A stretch of DNA of 64,000 bases from Toensbergia leucococca (taxonomy: Eukaryota). This document shows positions 50,560-63,951 of this stretch, piece after piece. The stretch covers positions 1-64,000 of the forward strand of contig JALDZS010000066.1 of assembly GCA_022813965.1 (NCBI GenBank). Reading direction: 5' to 3'. The notes under the pieces were generated by a model, which saw nothing but the letters and a program-made list of their open reading frames with translations, searched no databases and was not told the DNA's origin. The translations under genes and the position numbers were made by a program. Numbering within the stretch: the first letter of the stretch is position 1; each line of letters begins with the position of its first letter.

Positions 50560-51938
50560 AGATTCCCTTACTGCTGATCGCATATCAGCAGCTTCATTAT
50601 AACCTTTCAATTCGCCAATAGCGATAGTGCAGACCTCCTCAGGAAAAGACATCAGGCACAGATAGTCAGGAGAGCCGAGAGATTTCATTTCACCTCTTTC
50701 GATCTTCAATAAGAATTTAGTGATAACTTTCCGAGTCACCATTTCATTAGGCCTATAATGTCAGGTGTTAGAACCGCAAGGTGACAGTATTGGAGGACTT
50801 GCCAATACCATTGATAGAAAAACCAAAGAGCGGCCATCCAACAAGATAGGATAGCCTTTCTTGTTCTACTTCTTTGCTATCTTTTTCTCCACCACCTAGT
50901 GATTAAAGTCACTCGGTAGCTTGGGAGGTCTCAAAAATTGAGCATGTGTTATTATGGGCGCGAAAGGAATGCGGGAAATCAGACTTATAGGAAAAAAAGG
51001 AAGGATGGAGGCACCCTTCCAACCAATAATACCACTGGTGAACTATCTTTGATGATTGAGCATGTAAAACAATATTATCGAGACTGAGGTCTAAATGGCC
51101 GAGAACCGACAGACCTATTTCTATTACTTAATGTGTTTCTCTGTCAGGTTTTCCATGCAGACTCTCGACGGCCAATAGAAGCCAAGTAATCTTGCAACCG
51201 CATCCCTGTGCTTTATGTTAGGTAAGAGAAGTTGGCTGAAAACCAGACCTGCAACTCTATGAGCTGAAGTCTTCTCGCTCTCCCGTGCGGAACTGAGAGG
51301 CTGCGATCGGTCCAAAGCAGAATCTGTCTAGCTCAGGTTCTTGATTGCAACATCAGGGTGAGGAAGAAATATAACAGACTTTCTCCATGCCTTGGCGGCA
51401 GTAAAGATTGCCATGACCTGTAAAGATAATTGAACATAGCCTTTTCTCTCCTTCTCTGTAATCTGCTTGATAATCTCCGTGAGTGCCTTCACCCAAAGAG
51501 AAGACCAACACGGAGCAAGGCTCTCCCTGTGAACTCACTCCTCAACGATGTACTCAAGCGCCGACAGGATTCTGACTGGCGACGCAAGACGAGTGTGAAG
51601 AGAGAGAGAGAAGAGAGGTTCGCATAGGTCGACAGGTATGATTGATGATTATTGATTGATTCAACGGCGTCAAGAGAAACACAAATGGAATAGCGCTAGT
51701 GATTAGGTGAACAGGCAAAGGCGAGAGAGGCGAGAGAGGGTCCTCGGGTGGGAATCAACCTTTGGTAAGCGACAGTATAAGAACCAGGGCAAGCCCGCGC
51801 CCCGCCCTTGTTTCCCCTCGTGACAGTCGACGTAAAAGCTCCCAAAATCAAAGCACAACAACAACGTCCAGATTTGACATTCCGCACCTCGTTCGAAACT
51901 TCATCTTCGACTCTTCAACCACATATCCATCAGTCGCA

Positions 51939-53302
51939 ATGGCTCCCAAGAAAGCTGTTGCTGCGGCGTCGCAAAAGAAGGCCGCTGCCGCCCCGGCTCA
52001 TGTTCCCTACAAAGGTTCGTAATTGCTGCCTCCCATATTCACCACCTTGTCGCATTACTCCCGGCACTGTTGTATCGCGATCGCGAGTATCTACTGACAC
52101 TATATAACAGATATGATCAAGGAAGCTATCCTCACTGTAAGTCCGATCCGCCGCGCGCATTGTCGATGCTGTCGCTTGAGTGCCATGCCTCTTCCTCCAT
52201 CCAATCTATTTGCCTGAATTATTCACACAAAACAACATCTATGGCTTTGAACATTACAAAAGCTGACGCGTCTTACATTACTTCAGCTTAAAGAACGCAA
52301 TGGTAGCAGGTGAGCTCCTCAATTCCACGTCTTCTCATTTTGTTTACCTGGTCGGGCGCGTTATGTGGTAAGGTCTTCATGTTAATCCGAACCCATTCTT
52401 TAGCCGTCAAGCACTCAAGAAATACATCCTCGCCAATAACAAGACCGCTGCCGCTACCCCTGCTGTCTTCGATACCCAATTCAACAAAGCCCTACGGACA
52501 GGCGTCGACAAGGGTGATTTCACACAGCCCAAGGGTAAGCCTGCTTTTCTTACCCTACTAAAGCATTTGGTCCCACTGCGCTCTTGAGCACTATCATGAT
52601 TTGATGTTCTATTTGTTCTACTGCGGATTGCCTTCACACTATTTTCCCGTACTGTCGTCACCTTATCTTATGCTCAGATTAACTGCTGTGAAATCCCGAA
52701 AATTTTTATTGGAACATTCAGCTGATTTGTCATTAGGTACCTCTGGTCCAGTCAAGTTGGCAAAGAAGGATAGCTCTGCTCCTGCTGCAAAGCCTGTTGC
52801 AAAGCCTGCCACCAAGGCTACGACTAAAACCGCCACCAAAACTGCGGCTCCCAAGGTACGTTACGAATTCAAAAGCACGGCATTCAACTCTTTATTGTGT
52901 ACTCACTTCTATCATAGAAAGCCGCTGCTGCGAAGACTGCTGCGCCGAAGAAAGTAGCTGCTCCCAAGAAAACTGCAACTAAAGTCGCTGCACCCAAGAA
53001 GGCTCCTGCTGCCAAAAAAGCCGCCCCTAAAGCCGCCCCGAAGCCTAAAGCTAACACTGCGAGCAAGCGCAAGACCCCTGTAACAGTATGTCTCTCTACT
53101 CAGAACAGCCTTTACCTCATTGACCTTCCCTTGCTAGGCTCCTGCTATTGTTGAAGTTCCCAAAGTACTTAGCAAGACCAAGTCTGGACGCGTCACCAAA
53201 GGCCCAGCCAAGCCTGCAGCATCGGCTAAGAAGCCCGTAGCAAAAAAGGCTGCCGCCAAGAAAGCAGCGACGCCAAAGAAGTCTGCTGAGGCTGCCACAT
53301 AG
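51939..53302 (+). CDS. HHO1: Linker histone H1, 7 exons
   Basis: HVPYK|DMIKEAILT|LKERNGS|SRQALKKY..QPK|GTSGPVKL, Lys/Ala/Pro tail; exons 51939-52014, 52111-52136, 52287-52309, 52404-52534, 52737-52855, 52918-53085, 53138-53302. Confidence 0.96.
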
Positions 53303-54362
53303 CAAATTTGAATCTCTCTCCTTTTCCTTCATATGTGCGGTGGGCGGGTTGGACAAGGACGCGCACGGAGTTGAGTGATATCGGTCGCGTTCTACCTCGT
53401 ACACCTAGGGCATACCTTGGAAATTTCATGGCTTTCTTCTGTTATGCGCCGGGATAATGTCTTCGATTGTCTTCATAGCTGTTCGGCGTTGCTCACGATG
53501 GTCAAGGATTTTGCTGTACCCATAGGTTTTTATTGGGAATGAGAATAGCGAGTTTACTACAATCTCGCAACAGAACATGATGAACAACCTAGTGGATGTG
53601 CAAGCGCTTCAAGCTCTGATGCAGTCTTTCTATGGTACATATGAGTAGTATCTATTGCAAACACTCGTATCCTGTTTCACGGTAGGTCACATGCTGTCTC
53701 AGTCATTGAGATCTGAGAATGAAATGTGGGACTTGCGCCCGCGAACTTTTATACTGTGAAATCAACAGCTAAGGAGTTTTATTCATCAACCAAACCAAGG
53801 GAATATCTGAGAAGATTATGCTCAATAGAAAAGATTGAGAAAAGTGTGGATTCTATTGTTCGGGTGAGGTCAAAAGTAAACATTGTATTACATACTCACA
53901 GGGCTGAACCGACGTCACACCAGCCGGCAGCCGGCTCGGCGGCTAGCTTTGATTCCGAATCAGTTTCGGCTCCGCTCATCGAATTCATCCACAGTCCACC
54001 CTCCGCCATTCCCTCGCTCGATATCCCATGCTGTCTACACATTGTCAGTCCCCGCCTCGTGAGACTATCTCCTGCTTCCCTGAATCTTGAATCTCACTAG
54101 GCGTGCCAATCCTAAAGCACAACCCAGCCACGTCAGAGTAACAAGTCTCAGCTGACACTGTTTGATACCAGAGGTCGGCCCTAAATCAGCCACATGGACA
54201 TGTTGCTCGAGCTAGTTGTATAAATTGGACCATCGCATTTTACAAAAGAGCCTAACATTTGCGTGGCTTCGACCTCTTGTCAGATTCGGCGCACCGCCGC
54301 ATGTTACAAAGTTCTCTATCCATCTTGTGGCCGGGCATCGTTCCATTTCCCGACCTTTTGAT

Positions 54363-57193
54363 ATGCCATCTTTTTTGGCCGACCATCTTAGCCAACCCGT
54401 GACAGTAATTTCCAACGATCCCTCAGCATATGAACACCCACATCGGCTTTCTCAAGAGAAGAACTCGCTTCATTCGTCGAGCGCCTCAGGAACTTTGATG
54501 AATGGCAACATCATTGATGGATCTGGCGGAAAAAGTGGCATAAAGGGGGTGCTGTCGAATGGATTGAACGGAGTTAACTCGAGCCTTCAATCGCTGCCCA
54601 ACGGAAGATCTAGTGGAAGCACGTATAGTCGAGAAAAAGCACACTCAAGAGACGGAAGCACATATTCTATCGGAAGTGGTTTTGGTGCGATTGGTGAAAG
54701 TGGGAGACAAAGCCCTGGGCCAACCAATGGCCTGCCCAAGCATAGTGCGATGGAATACACGAATGGAAACGTCGCTCAACCCCGAAGATCAATGTCACCG
54801 GAGCCAATCAAGCGTGGAAATGGCATATACTCGGTCCATGCGCGAGCCCACTCTTCTTCCGCGCCGCAGAGCCATAATTTTAGTTCGACTTCATCAAGTG
54901 ATGCTGGTGTAGCGCTGGCAACTAAGACCGCTACTCCTGAGCCTTTGCAAGATCAAAGTGCTTCATCTGGCACAAGCAGATATTCATCTCCACCTATTTT
55001 TCCAAACTCAAGTCCAGCCTCGACCACATCCATGACTAAGCCTGTACATCCTGGAGCAGTCCGCCTGCAGCACCGTCATACTCTGCAAGTGCCGAGAGTG
55101 TCAGCGACTCGCACGTCTCGAGATTCTCCCTTAGCCAATACTACTTCTACAGACGATGTTGCCATAAATGGCGAGCGTTTCTCGCCAACACATTCTGGTG
55201 CTCGACAACCATCCCTTAATCTTGCCCGACGGACTACTCGCTCAATACATTCCGACATGTATCTAGACGAGATCCCGCCAGATGACGATATGGCACGGTG
55301 GACTGAAACGATACGTCAGAAAAGAGCGAGTCGAAGAAAGAGAAAAGAAGAGGAGGAGGATGACCGAGTAGTGGTAGGGACGAAGGTTGACATGCACCAC
55401 GTCAACTGGGTGACTGCGTATAATATGCTGACGGGCATACGATTCACCGTTTCGAGGACCAACGCCAAGATCGACCGCGAATTGACAGATGCAGATTTTG
55501 ATGCCCGACACAAGTTCTCCTTTGACATGTAAGTTCTACGTCTGCGAACAGAGAAGTATTCTTATAACAATTTTCCAGTACTGGGAATGAATTAACTCCG
55601 TCGGCAAAATACGACTTCAAATTCAAGGATTACGCCCCATGGGTATTTCGTCATCTAAGGGCGAAATTCAAACTCGATCCTGCAGATTACTTGATATCTT
55701 TGACGAGCAAGTACATCCTTTCCGAACTTGGCTCTCCAGGCAAGAGTGGTAGCTTCTTCTACTTCTCCCGGGATTACAAGTACATCATCAAGACTATCCA
55801 CCAAGCGGAGCATAAATTACTGAGAAAGATCTTACGAGACTACTACGCACACATGGAAAACAACCCAAATTCTCTAATTTCTCAATTTTACGGACTTCAT
55901 CGGGTGAAGATACCCTATGGCAGGAAGATCCACTTTGTCGTAATGAATAATTTGTTTCCTCCGCATCGAGACATACATCGAACGTTTGATCTCAAGGGCT
56001 CGACAATAGGGAGAGACTTTAAAGAAGAAGATCTGGAGCGCAATCCGCGAGCAACGTTAAAAGACTTGAATTGGCTACGTAGAAATAATCACCTTGAATT
56101 CGGACCTCAGAAAAAGCATCTGTTCATTGAACAGATGAAACGAGACGTCGTACTATTGCAAAAACTCAAGATCATGGATTACTCCTTGCTTGTTGGTATC
56201 CATGACCTGCACAAAGGCAACGAGGAAAATCTCCGAGACAAAACGCTTCGAGTGTTTCAGCCTGGTGGAGAAAGCAGCGAAGAACCGCAACCCAGCATGC
56301 TTTCACGGACTCCTTCCAAGCTTGAAACGGCGCGGAAAGCAAGGCAGTTACGCCAAATAATCAAACTTGAAAAACCCGTACCGATGGAGAAGAGTACAAA
56401 CAAGATGCCAGATGAAATGTTGGAGGAGCGCAAGAATTTCATCTTCTATAGCGATGATGGTGGATTTAGAGCAACGCACGACGATGGCCAACCAGGCGAA
56501 GAAATATATTATCTCGGAATCATCGACTGCCTGACCCATGTAAGTCGCGATATCTTGGGCCTCTGCGATCAAAGCTGACGAGGTTCCCAGTACGGCTTCG
56601 TAAAAAGAGCAGAGCACTTCTGGAAAGGCATGTCCAGCCCTAAAGCCCTCATCTCGCCCATCCCGTCGGAACCCTACGGCGACCGCTTCCTCAAGTTTAT
56701 CGACGCCGTAACCATGACACGTGAAGAAGCTGAGCGCGAAAAACAAAGCACCTCGGACCAACTCGACGGCTCTATCCACACCAATCGGCCCTCAAGCCAC
56801 CACCTCTCCCGCCATTCAACGGATCGCGTCATCGACAAAGCTGAAAAGCAAGCCCAAAAAACAGAATCTCAAGGCGTTCACGAGGACGTTATTCGGGACC
56901 GCACTCTCACTGCCGTGCGCAGTCCTTCTGCGGAGAGAACAGGCGGCATTGCGGGGGCTACCCTCCCAGTCGTGGAAGAAGTCGGCGAAGCGGGCAGTAC
57001 AGGCGATCAAAGTGCCCGCAGCAGAGACAGCATCCACACGGAGAATTCAGACGACCAATATTTCACATCGCGGACACACGACACAACCATTCACCGCTCA
57101 AAGTCGCCCTCGAAAAACAAGCACGCTCCTATCTTCCCCTCCATTCCCTCCCTAATCACATCCGCTACCGCGCTCCGCCCCGTCGACGACTAA
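54363..57193 (+). CDS. MSS4: Phosphatidylinositol-4-phosphate 5-kinase
   Basis: MPSF start, [48 protein letters not shown]; two introns. Confidence 0.97.
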
Positions 57194-58020
57194 TCCAGTT
57201 TCATCTTTCTGTATCGTAATGCCTTTGTTCGGGTCCCAGTTCCCGCCCTGTTTTTGTTTCTCTCTTTCCAAAAGATACCCATATACACTGAACTGTAAAG
57301 AACTGCATATACCGCTCCTTTTTTCGTGTTTTCTTGCCCCCATCACCCTCGGGATTGTATCAATAGGGGGCGCCTTTTTCTGTTTCCTGCATATTGGTTT
57401 TTGCGGATGGAGTGGGTTGAGGGGGAGAAAGGTGTAGGTATATTTAGATGTGCAGTTCATACGCTTCCCTCCTTCTCTCGCACCAACAGCAACAGGAACA
57501 ATACGATAGACAGGAAGGGAAGAAAAGGGAAGAGCTGGAGGGTTTGAAAGAGGAAGGGGAAGTGGGTCTGGGTAGTGTTTTCTTTAGGCAGAAAGTCTTC
57601 CAGGATTCAGACAACTCGCAAATTCACAGTTACAGTCTCGCAGTAGCTTTTCTATTCGATTCGATTCATTTTCCACAATTCATTGGCGTGACCCTTCCTC
57701 CAAAACATGGGGAAAACACACCCACACTTAATATGAAACACCGCACTACCATATCCAATCACCACCATCTCGCTAAGCCTAATAAAATCCTAGCTTCAAC
57801 ACATAACGTCATATTCCGTAGCGCATCAACAAACAGCAGCTCCGTCGCGTCGCGTCACGTCACATTCTCCACCCCCCCCCTCCCCCAAAGTGAACAAAAT
57901 CCACAACACGCATACGTCTTTCTCAAGCAACATAAGACAAAAAAAAACTCGTTCAGATATCCACACTTTGGCAGTTCCTGCTCCCCAAGAAAAAGAAGAA
58001 GGCAAAAAACAAAAAAAAAA

Positions 58021-59469
58021 ATGCCCTACGGTATCTCAAACTCGTATAAAAGGTACCCATAACACCATCAATCCCTTTCCCCCCCCCTTCCTCCCCTTCC
58101 ATCCCCCAAGAACGAGAAGTTTTAAAAAAAAAGAAAAAGAAGATTGAAAGCTAAAACTTCAGAAAAAAACAGAGGCCTCCAGAAAACATACTCCCGAACC
58201 CCCCACCAACACCAGCGCTACACCCAACCTCTCAACGACAATGAAGACGTCCCTCGCAAAAGAATACGCATGGACGGCACCGGTCGAATAATCTCAGAAG
58301 CCCTTCCCGCCCGGATCCAAGAAGAGGTCCCTAGCACAGTCCTTCCCTCCTCCATCACTCCCGACGCCATCCCTTCCTCCTCAACCGCCCCCTCAAGCCC
58401 CAGACCATCATTCCACCAAAACGTACTATCCTCCGATCCTCCAGAAACATCATCTCCGCCCTCCTCCCCACCACCCGCACTTCCTCCATCGCCGTACAAG
58501 CCCAACCCCACCTTCTCGTTTTTAAAACGTAAGCGCCCAGCAGCAGCACTTAACGAAGCCACCACGGCTCAAAATCAGGAGCCCCTTTGCGCCATCACCG
58601 ATAACCGACGCAAAGAATTCCTTCCTGCAAAGAAAATCAAACAGAAGAAGGCGCCGCACATGACGCAGATGCGGATTGATTTGGGCGGTGAGACGAGGAA
58701 GGCGTGCCGGGTGTGCGGAATGGAGTATATACCCTCGAATGCAGAGGATGCGGGTTTGCACAAGGAATTCCACGCGATGAGTGTGGGGGGCGTGAGTTTG
58801 GGAAGGGCGTTCTTGAAGGAGGAAGGGCTGAGGAAGGAGGCGGTCGTTCATGATGTGGAGGGTGGGAGACGTTTAGGGGATGGGGAGGCGGTAGTGATTG
58901 TGGATCGGAAGAGTTCGGTGGGGGCGAGGAATAAGGCGAGGAAGGTTTTAGAAGTTGTGAATGCGGAACTGTCTGCTGCGGATATTGAAGACGAGTGGCT
59001 GTGGGGGGTCCGGGGCCCGAGCTCTTTGAAATCTGATGGACGGTCTAAGAAGAGGCGGAAAGCTGGCGATACGGCGCCGGAGCAGAACGTGGATCGCTTC
59101 AAGGCCTTTCTCTACGTGGACGGCGAGAAGTGCGTCGGTATGTGTTTGGCCGAGTCGATCAGCAGTGCGCGTTGCGTTGTTGTCTCTGGAAACAGTAACA
59201 CCTCAGTCGCGAGGAGTTCGTGCATCTCCACTTCTACCACCCTCGATGCCGCCTCACTGGGCATCTCGCGTATATGGACGTCCAAGTCACGCCGGAGGCA
59301 GGGCGTTGCTACTGCTTTGCTAGACTGCGTGAGAAGGTACTTTTTCTTCGGGATGGAGGTACCCAAACTTCTCGTAGCATTCAGCCAGCCCACGGAAAGT
59401 GGAGGGCAGCTTGCGGAACGCTGGTTTGACGCACAGATTGGATGGCATGTGTATGATGTGGAACGATGA
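58021..59469 (+). CDS. ECO1: Cohesin acetyltransferase Eco1
   Basis: Exon 1 58021-58052, intron 58053-58172; QMRIDLG PIP-like motif, CRVCGMEY..H..FH zinc finger, LGISRIW..RRQGVA, AFSQPTESG. Confidence 0.93.
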
Positions 59470-59572
59470 GGAAGCGTGGCAATTGGACAATTGATTGCAA
59501 TTGATTCGTGCATACATCAGCGAGTATCCCAGAGGTTGACTAGTCCTAACGTGACAATCTCTGTTCCCATTA

Positions 59573-61269
59573 CTATCGCTCTCCAAATTTGCCTCTCAGC
59601 TCATCCACCTCCCTTTGCAACGCCGATAAATCAGCAATGATATCCTTCTCCGCGAATGGCGTCTCCGCTACTTCCGCGGGGTTTAATTGAGAAGACGAAG
59701 CTCCAGAATCGCTTCTGTAGCGTTCGGTGCTTGTTCGTCCAATCTCGCCACTCAATCTCGGTGCGCTGAAGCTACTCTGACTGGAACCCCGTCTTCGAGG
59801 CGGCGGGGGTGGAGGCATTGTACCAGAGCCAGGGCTAGTAAACACCCGAGTAGGGCGTTTGATCGATGAGGGAGGAGGTGAGCGTGATGGAGGAAGCGCA
59901 GGGGAAAATGTTGGACTTTTGTGAGCTGCGGAGGCCATATCTGATATGGGGATAGTCGACCCTGCTAGCTGGTTGGTTGGAGAGGCTTGGCCAGTGCTGA
60001 AGCCAGTTCGACGACGCGGCGGTGGAGGCGGAGGCGGAGATTTGAGATCATCGTTAGGAGTGGATTGTATCTGTGATTTCGATTCTCCGAGAATTTCTCC
60101 TGCAACAGCTTTTGACGCTCCTAAGCTGCTTGATTTTTCTAGCGTACGGCGTTGGCTTTGTCTCCTGGGGAGTGGAGGAGGTGGCGGAGCTCGTTTCAAC
60201 TGAGCTGTTATTGTTTGCCATGCAGGAGACACAGGTTCTTCGTGGTCAGTATGATCTAACAAATCAGCCACTCTTTGCTTATGGTCTGTCAAAGCCGTGG
60301 CCGGCGATGGTGGTAACGGCTTGTTAAGGTCTGTAGCTACTCTAAATAGTTTGGGGGGAGAATGCCGAGCAGGTCTTGTTGAACCTGCAGCGGTATCTAA
60401 CATAGAAAAAGTCGGGTCTGTAAATGATACTGTCTGTGGAGTATTACTCGTACCTTTTACAGGCTTGCCATCCAGTGGCGTACGTGCCGGTGGCTTTGTT
60501 CTCTCAGCTCCCACCAAACGTAGCCTATCATCATCCGACACTTCATGAGAAGTTCGTGGTGTCATGTCGGCCTGTATTTCCGGAAGAGGTTCAAATATGG
60601 AATGACGGGAGATCGAAGATGTGTCGGTGTTACTGCTGTTATCGGCAAAATTTTGCTGGGCATGAACATGAATGGGAGGTGTGGAAGGTATGTTGGGATC
60701 TGGATTACGCTTCTCGCCAGTCAACAGAAGTCTTTTGAATGCGTCTACGTCCAGATGTGGTTTTGGAGGGATGTTCTCGGGTCTAGCAGCATTTTGATTT
60801 TCCCCACCGTCACTTTTGTAGGGCGAATTGGATGACAATTCCCCTGGTATGTCTGATGGAGTACAATTGGCATTGCTTCTTGTATTTCTGACCAGGACCT
60901 CATCCTGCTCGGTGGAACCGTCATCTTCAGACTCAACACCAAATGGATTGATGGGAGAAACGTCTGTAGCATAAGGGGGAGGGGAGTTCTTCAGACGAAT
61001 TGGTGATACCGGCGGGTTAGGGAATATGTCGGGCATAGCACCTCCATCATCATCAGATTTGGCTGAATGAGGTGAGATTATCCGAACAGTCTTTGGTTTT
61101 GACGTCCGTACAATAGCTGTAGAGGTCAGCAACGAAGCTGCAGCATTGGGCATTGCTTGCCTGTGTCTAGGGGTGGAAAACGAGTTTCAGCTCGGACTAG
61201 ATTGGTTTCTTGGACGAGGGAAGGATTGAAGGCTCCCTCTTTACGGCGGAATGGGTTGGAGCCAGACAT
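59573..61269 (-). CDS. Conserved fungal proline-rich protein, likely an actin/endocytic adaptor; true start lies upstream of the tracked ORF
   Basis: Exon 1 61269-61161 (MSGSNPFRR..), GC-AG intron 61160-61117; NPF motifs, LDVDAFKRLLLTG, PPPPPPRR repeats, C-terminal DIIADLSALQREVDELR coil. Confidence 0.8.
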
Positions 61270-62012
61270 GACGAAGCACGATGAGGCTGTACGTCATAAG
61301 AAAGGTAGTAATGGTATGAGGAATGGCCAAGTCGTCTCCGTCACTGCGAGGCATCCTACGGATTCTAGGAACGATAGCTACAGCGGTGCAGCCTTAAAAG
61401 AGATTAGTCAGATCCCGTTGCCGTTTCTACTAAACATAGTTCTCGTTTTAGTCTTAGTTCTACTGATGCCCGGAGAGAAGACAGAGAGCCAATTGATAAG
61501 CTCCGACTGCTGAACGCAAACGGTCTGTCTTATGAAGCTCAAAGCTCTGAAATTTGAGGTCTCCGTAGATCTGGATATCTAGTATTCTGTTTCTTACCGT
61601 TAGAACTATTGAAGGACCTCCATTTGAGGTCATTCATCTTCCTTACAAATTCCTCTCTATTCTATTTCTGCGATGATCTTCAGCCCGGAGAAATCAGGCA
61701 TCACGTTGATTGAGCTAACGTAGAATCCGCCATCCCTAGGCGAATTTGGGAGCATGGCACGATGGGTATCCGCACTCCGTACCTTCCTCCCTTCTTACCG
61801 ACACGAATGTTATCTGCTGCTTTGGGTCTCGAAAAGATTCGCCATGATACTTACTAGCTGACGGAGTACAAGAAAACTGTCTCAAACTGATGGTGACCTT
61901 GCCGTCCACCTATTCCGGTTCTGCCGGGACTGAAGACTGGCTGTAGCTATTGCTGTGTGTCCCAGCTTGGGGCTTTCTGCTCTTCCAATAGTCCATCCTC
62001 AGAGTCAACAGT

Positions 62013-63614
62013 ATGCTACAACTGTTCAGTGTACGAGAACTACTCGTTTTCCCATCAGGTGAAAATGCGACCGATGTCCTCATCAATGGCATCCATTTCA
62101 ACCGGACTGCTCTCGATTTCTTCAACTACACCCTGTATAGCAATGGTACCCTTTCAAATAGCTCTAATTGCTACCTCACATTTGATGTATACCAACCATC
62201 GATGACTACGAATGGTACTTTCATCAACGGCACATCCTGTTACGATCCGTATTATGGAATCTCACAAAGAGGGAGTACGGGTATTGGCTTCGCATGCCTT
62301 TTCACAGCAACCATTATGTTCACTCTTATTAATCTACGGAAGCATGGAAGGCTATTCCTACCAAGTGAGAAAAGATTCCGAGCCATTGGACGGCGATGGC
62401 AATGGTACTGGATGTTGTTCGTAGCAGCTTGTGGAATGATCAGTGACATAACAGGTATTGATGTAGACCGGGACTATCTACAAAGTACCGCCATCGTCCT
62501 GCAGAGCTTTTTCTACTACCTAATGATACCTGGGATCCTTGCCACTGTTTGGGAAGCAGTCAGACATTGGTACGTTGAAAATCCCTTTATACAATGCTAT
62601 GTCACCTGAATACTCTGTAGGGGATCTTGGCAAGAGCGGCAAATATATGATTTAGACCCATTCTCTCTTCCCCAAAATGACAGGAGGGGTAAGAAGCAAT
62701 TATATTTGCCTCTTGTGTTTTACCTATTTGCATGGCTGGTACGACTGTTCCCTTATTAAGTGAGTTGAGTGAACCGTTGATAAATGAAATAGTATTTTTT
62801 CATGACAATACCTCGCACTTGGACCGATATCGAGTACCAGAGATCTTTACAGCAGCAAAACAGATTGGCAAAACCAGCCGCTACGGACAATCGGTTTAAG
62901 GCAGCAGGGATCTTTGCTTTTCTAGCTTGGTGCACGATTTGTTACTCTCTCCAGCAGTCCATTCATCATTACAAGCCAAAAAATCGTGGTGCATTCAACA
63001 GTACAATCGGCCTTTTGCGTCACACCCCTACCAAGTTCATCATAGCAATACCTCTTTTACTGATTTCGGTTGGCTACGCCATTGCCAGCTCTTTCGTCTG
63101 GGATATCAGCCCGTTGAAGTATAACGTCATGGTTGGTTGGATGTACGGCCTTGGACAGGGTCCAATATTCCTGATCTTACTTGTTTTTGAAGTCTGGGGC
63201 TACATCGATCAGAATGAGGATCGTGTGCTTCTGGAGCAACGGGCAGAGCGTGGACGATCCATTGATACAGAACTTGGATTGGCAAAGAAGCCAGGCTGGT
63301 GGAGCAAGCTATCTGGAGGCCATCACCTCACTATGGAGCAAAGGCTCGCATCCATGACGGGCGAGATAGGTGGTGGCAGAGCGACGGGAAAGAATCTGGA
63401 AAGAACAATAGAACTGGGCAACATGCCAGCGGCACGCCCTCTGAGCGCCGAAGACAATCCCTTCGGTGATGATGCTTCAAGTGCCGAATCAGATAGGAGA
63501 CTAGTACTTTCCATGACTGATAGCGATGAACAATCCGGACGGGCTATGAGCGAAAGGACGATGAGCACAGTAGCTTCGAGACCACAGGAGATTAGGAGCA
63601 TGTTGGACATATAA
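62013..63614 (+). CDS. DUF2434-like fungal multi-pass membrane protein
   Basis: HFNRTAL..YTLYSNGTLSN..CYL, KRFRAIGRRWQWYW, DVDR.YL, WEAVRHW|GSWQERQ; two introns. Confidence 0.8.
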
Positions 63615-63951
63615 ACGTGGGAAATATTGTGCAAGGCTCAGGCGTTGAGAAGGCTATTGGATTCAGGAGATCATCACGTAGAAAACGACGGCATGGTATG
63701 GCGCAAAATGTGTGATGAAGGAGATATTTACGTCCAGCGTTCATGGTCGTGGCCATGTATCTATTTAGTGGTCTGGCATTTGTATCTGAATCGAGCTCAA
63801 CGGATCTTTTACTCCAGATTGTGGAGATACGAGAGTACCATGATTGAGCTTTTCGATTGATTGAGATTTGGCATGGCCCATTTGTTGCTCATACCTCTCC
63901 TACATGGTTGATGCTAAGATTTAGGGTTATCAGCTCATCACTCAATAGGTA

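Noticed and set aside
54194..54362. 49-codon TTG-initiated extension and short uORF upstream of MSS4
   Set aside because: MPSF at 54363 looks like the family start; no independent support for upstream translation
63921..63929. TAACCCTAA on the minus strand, matching a telomerase RNA template
   Set aside because: A kb-scale telomerase RNA would run antisense through the DUF2434 gene; a lone 9-mer can occur by chance
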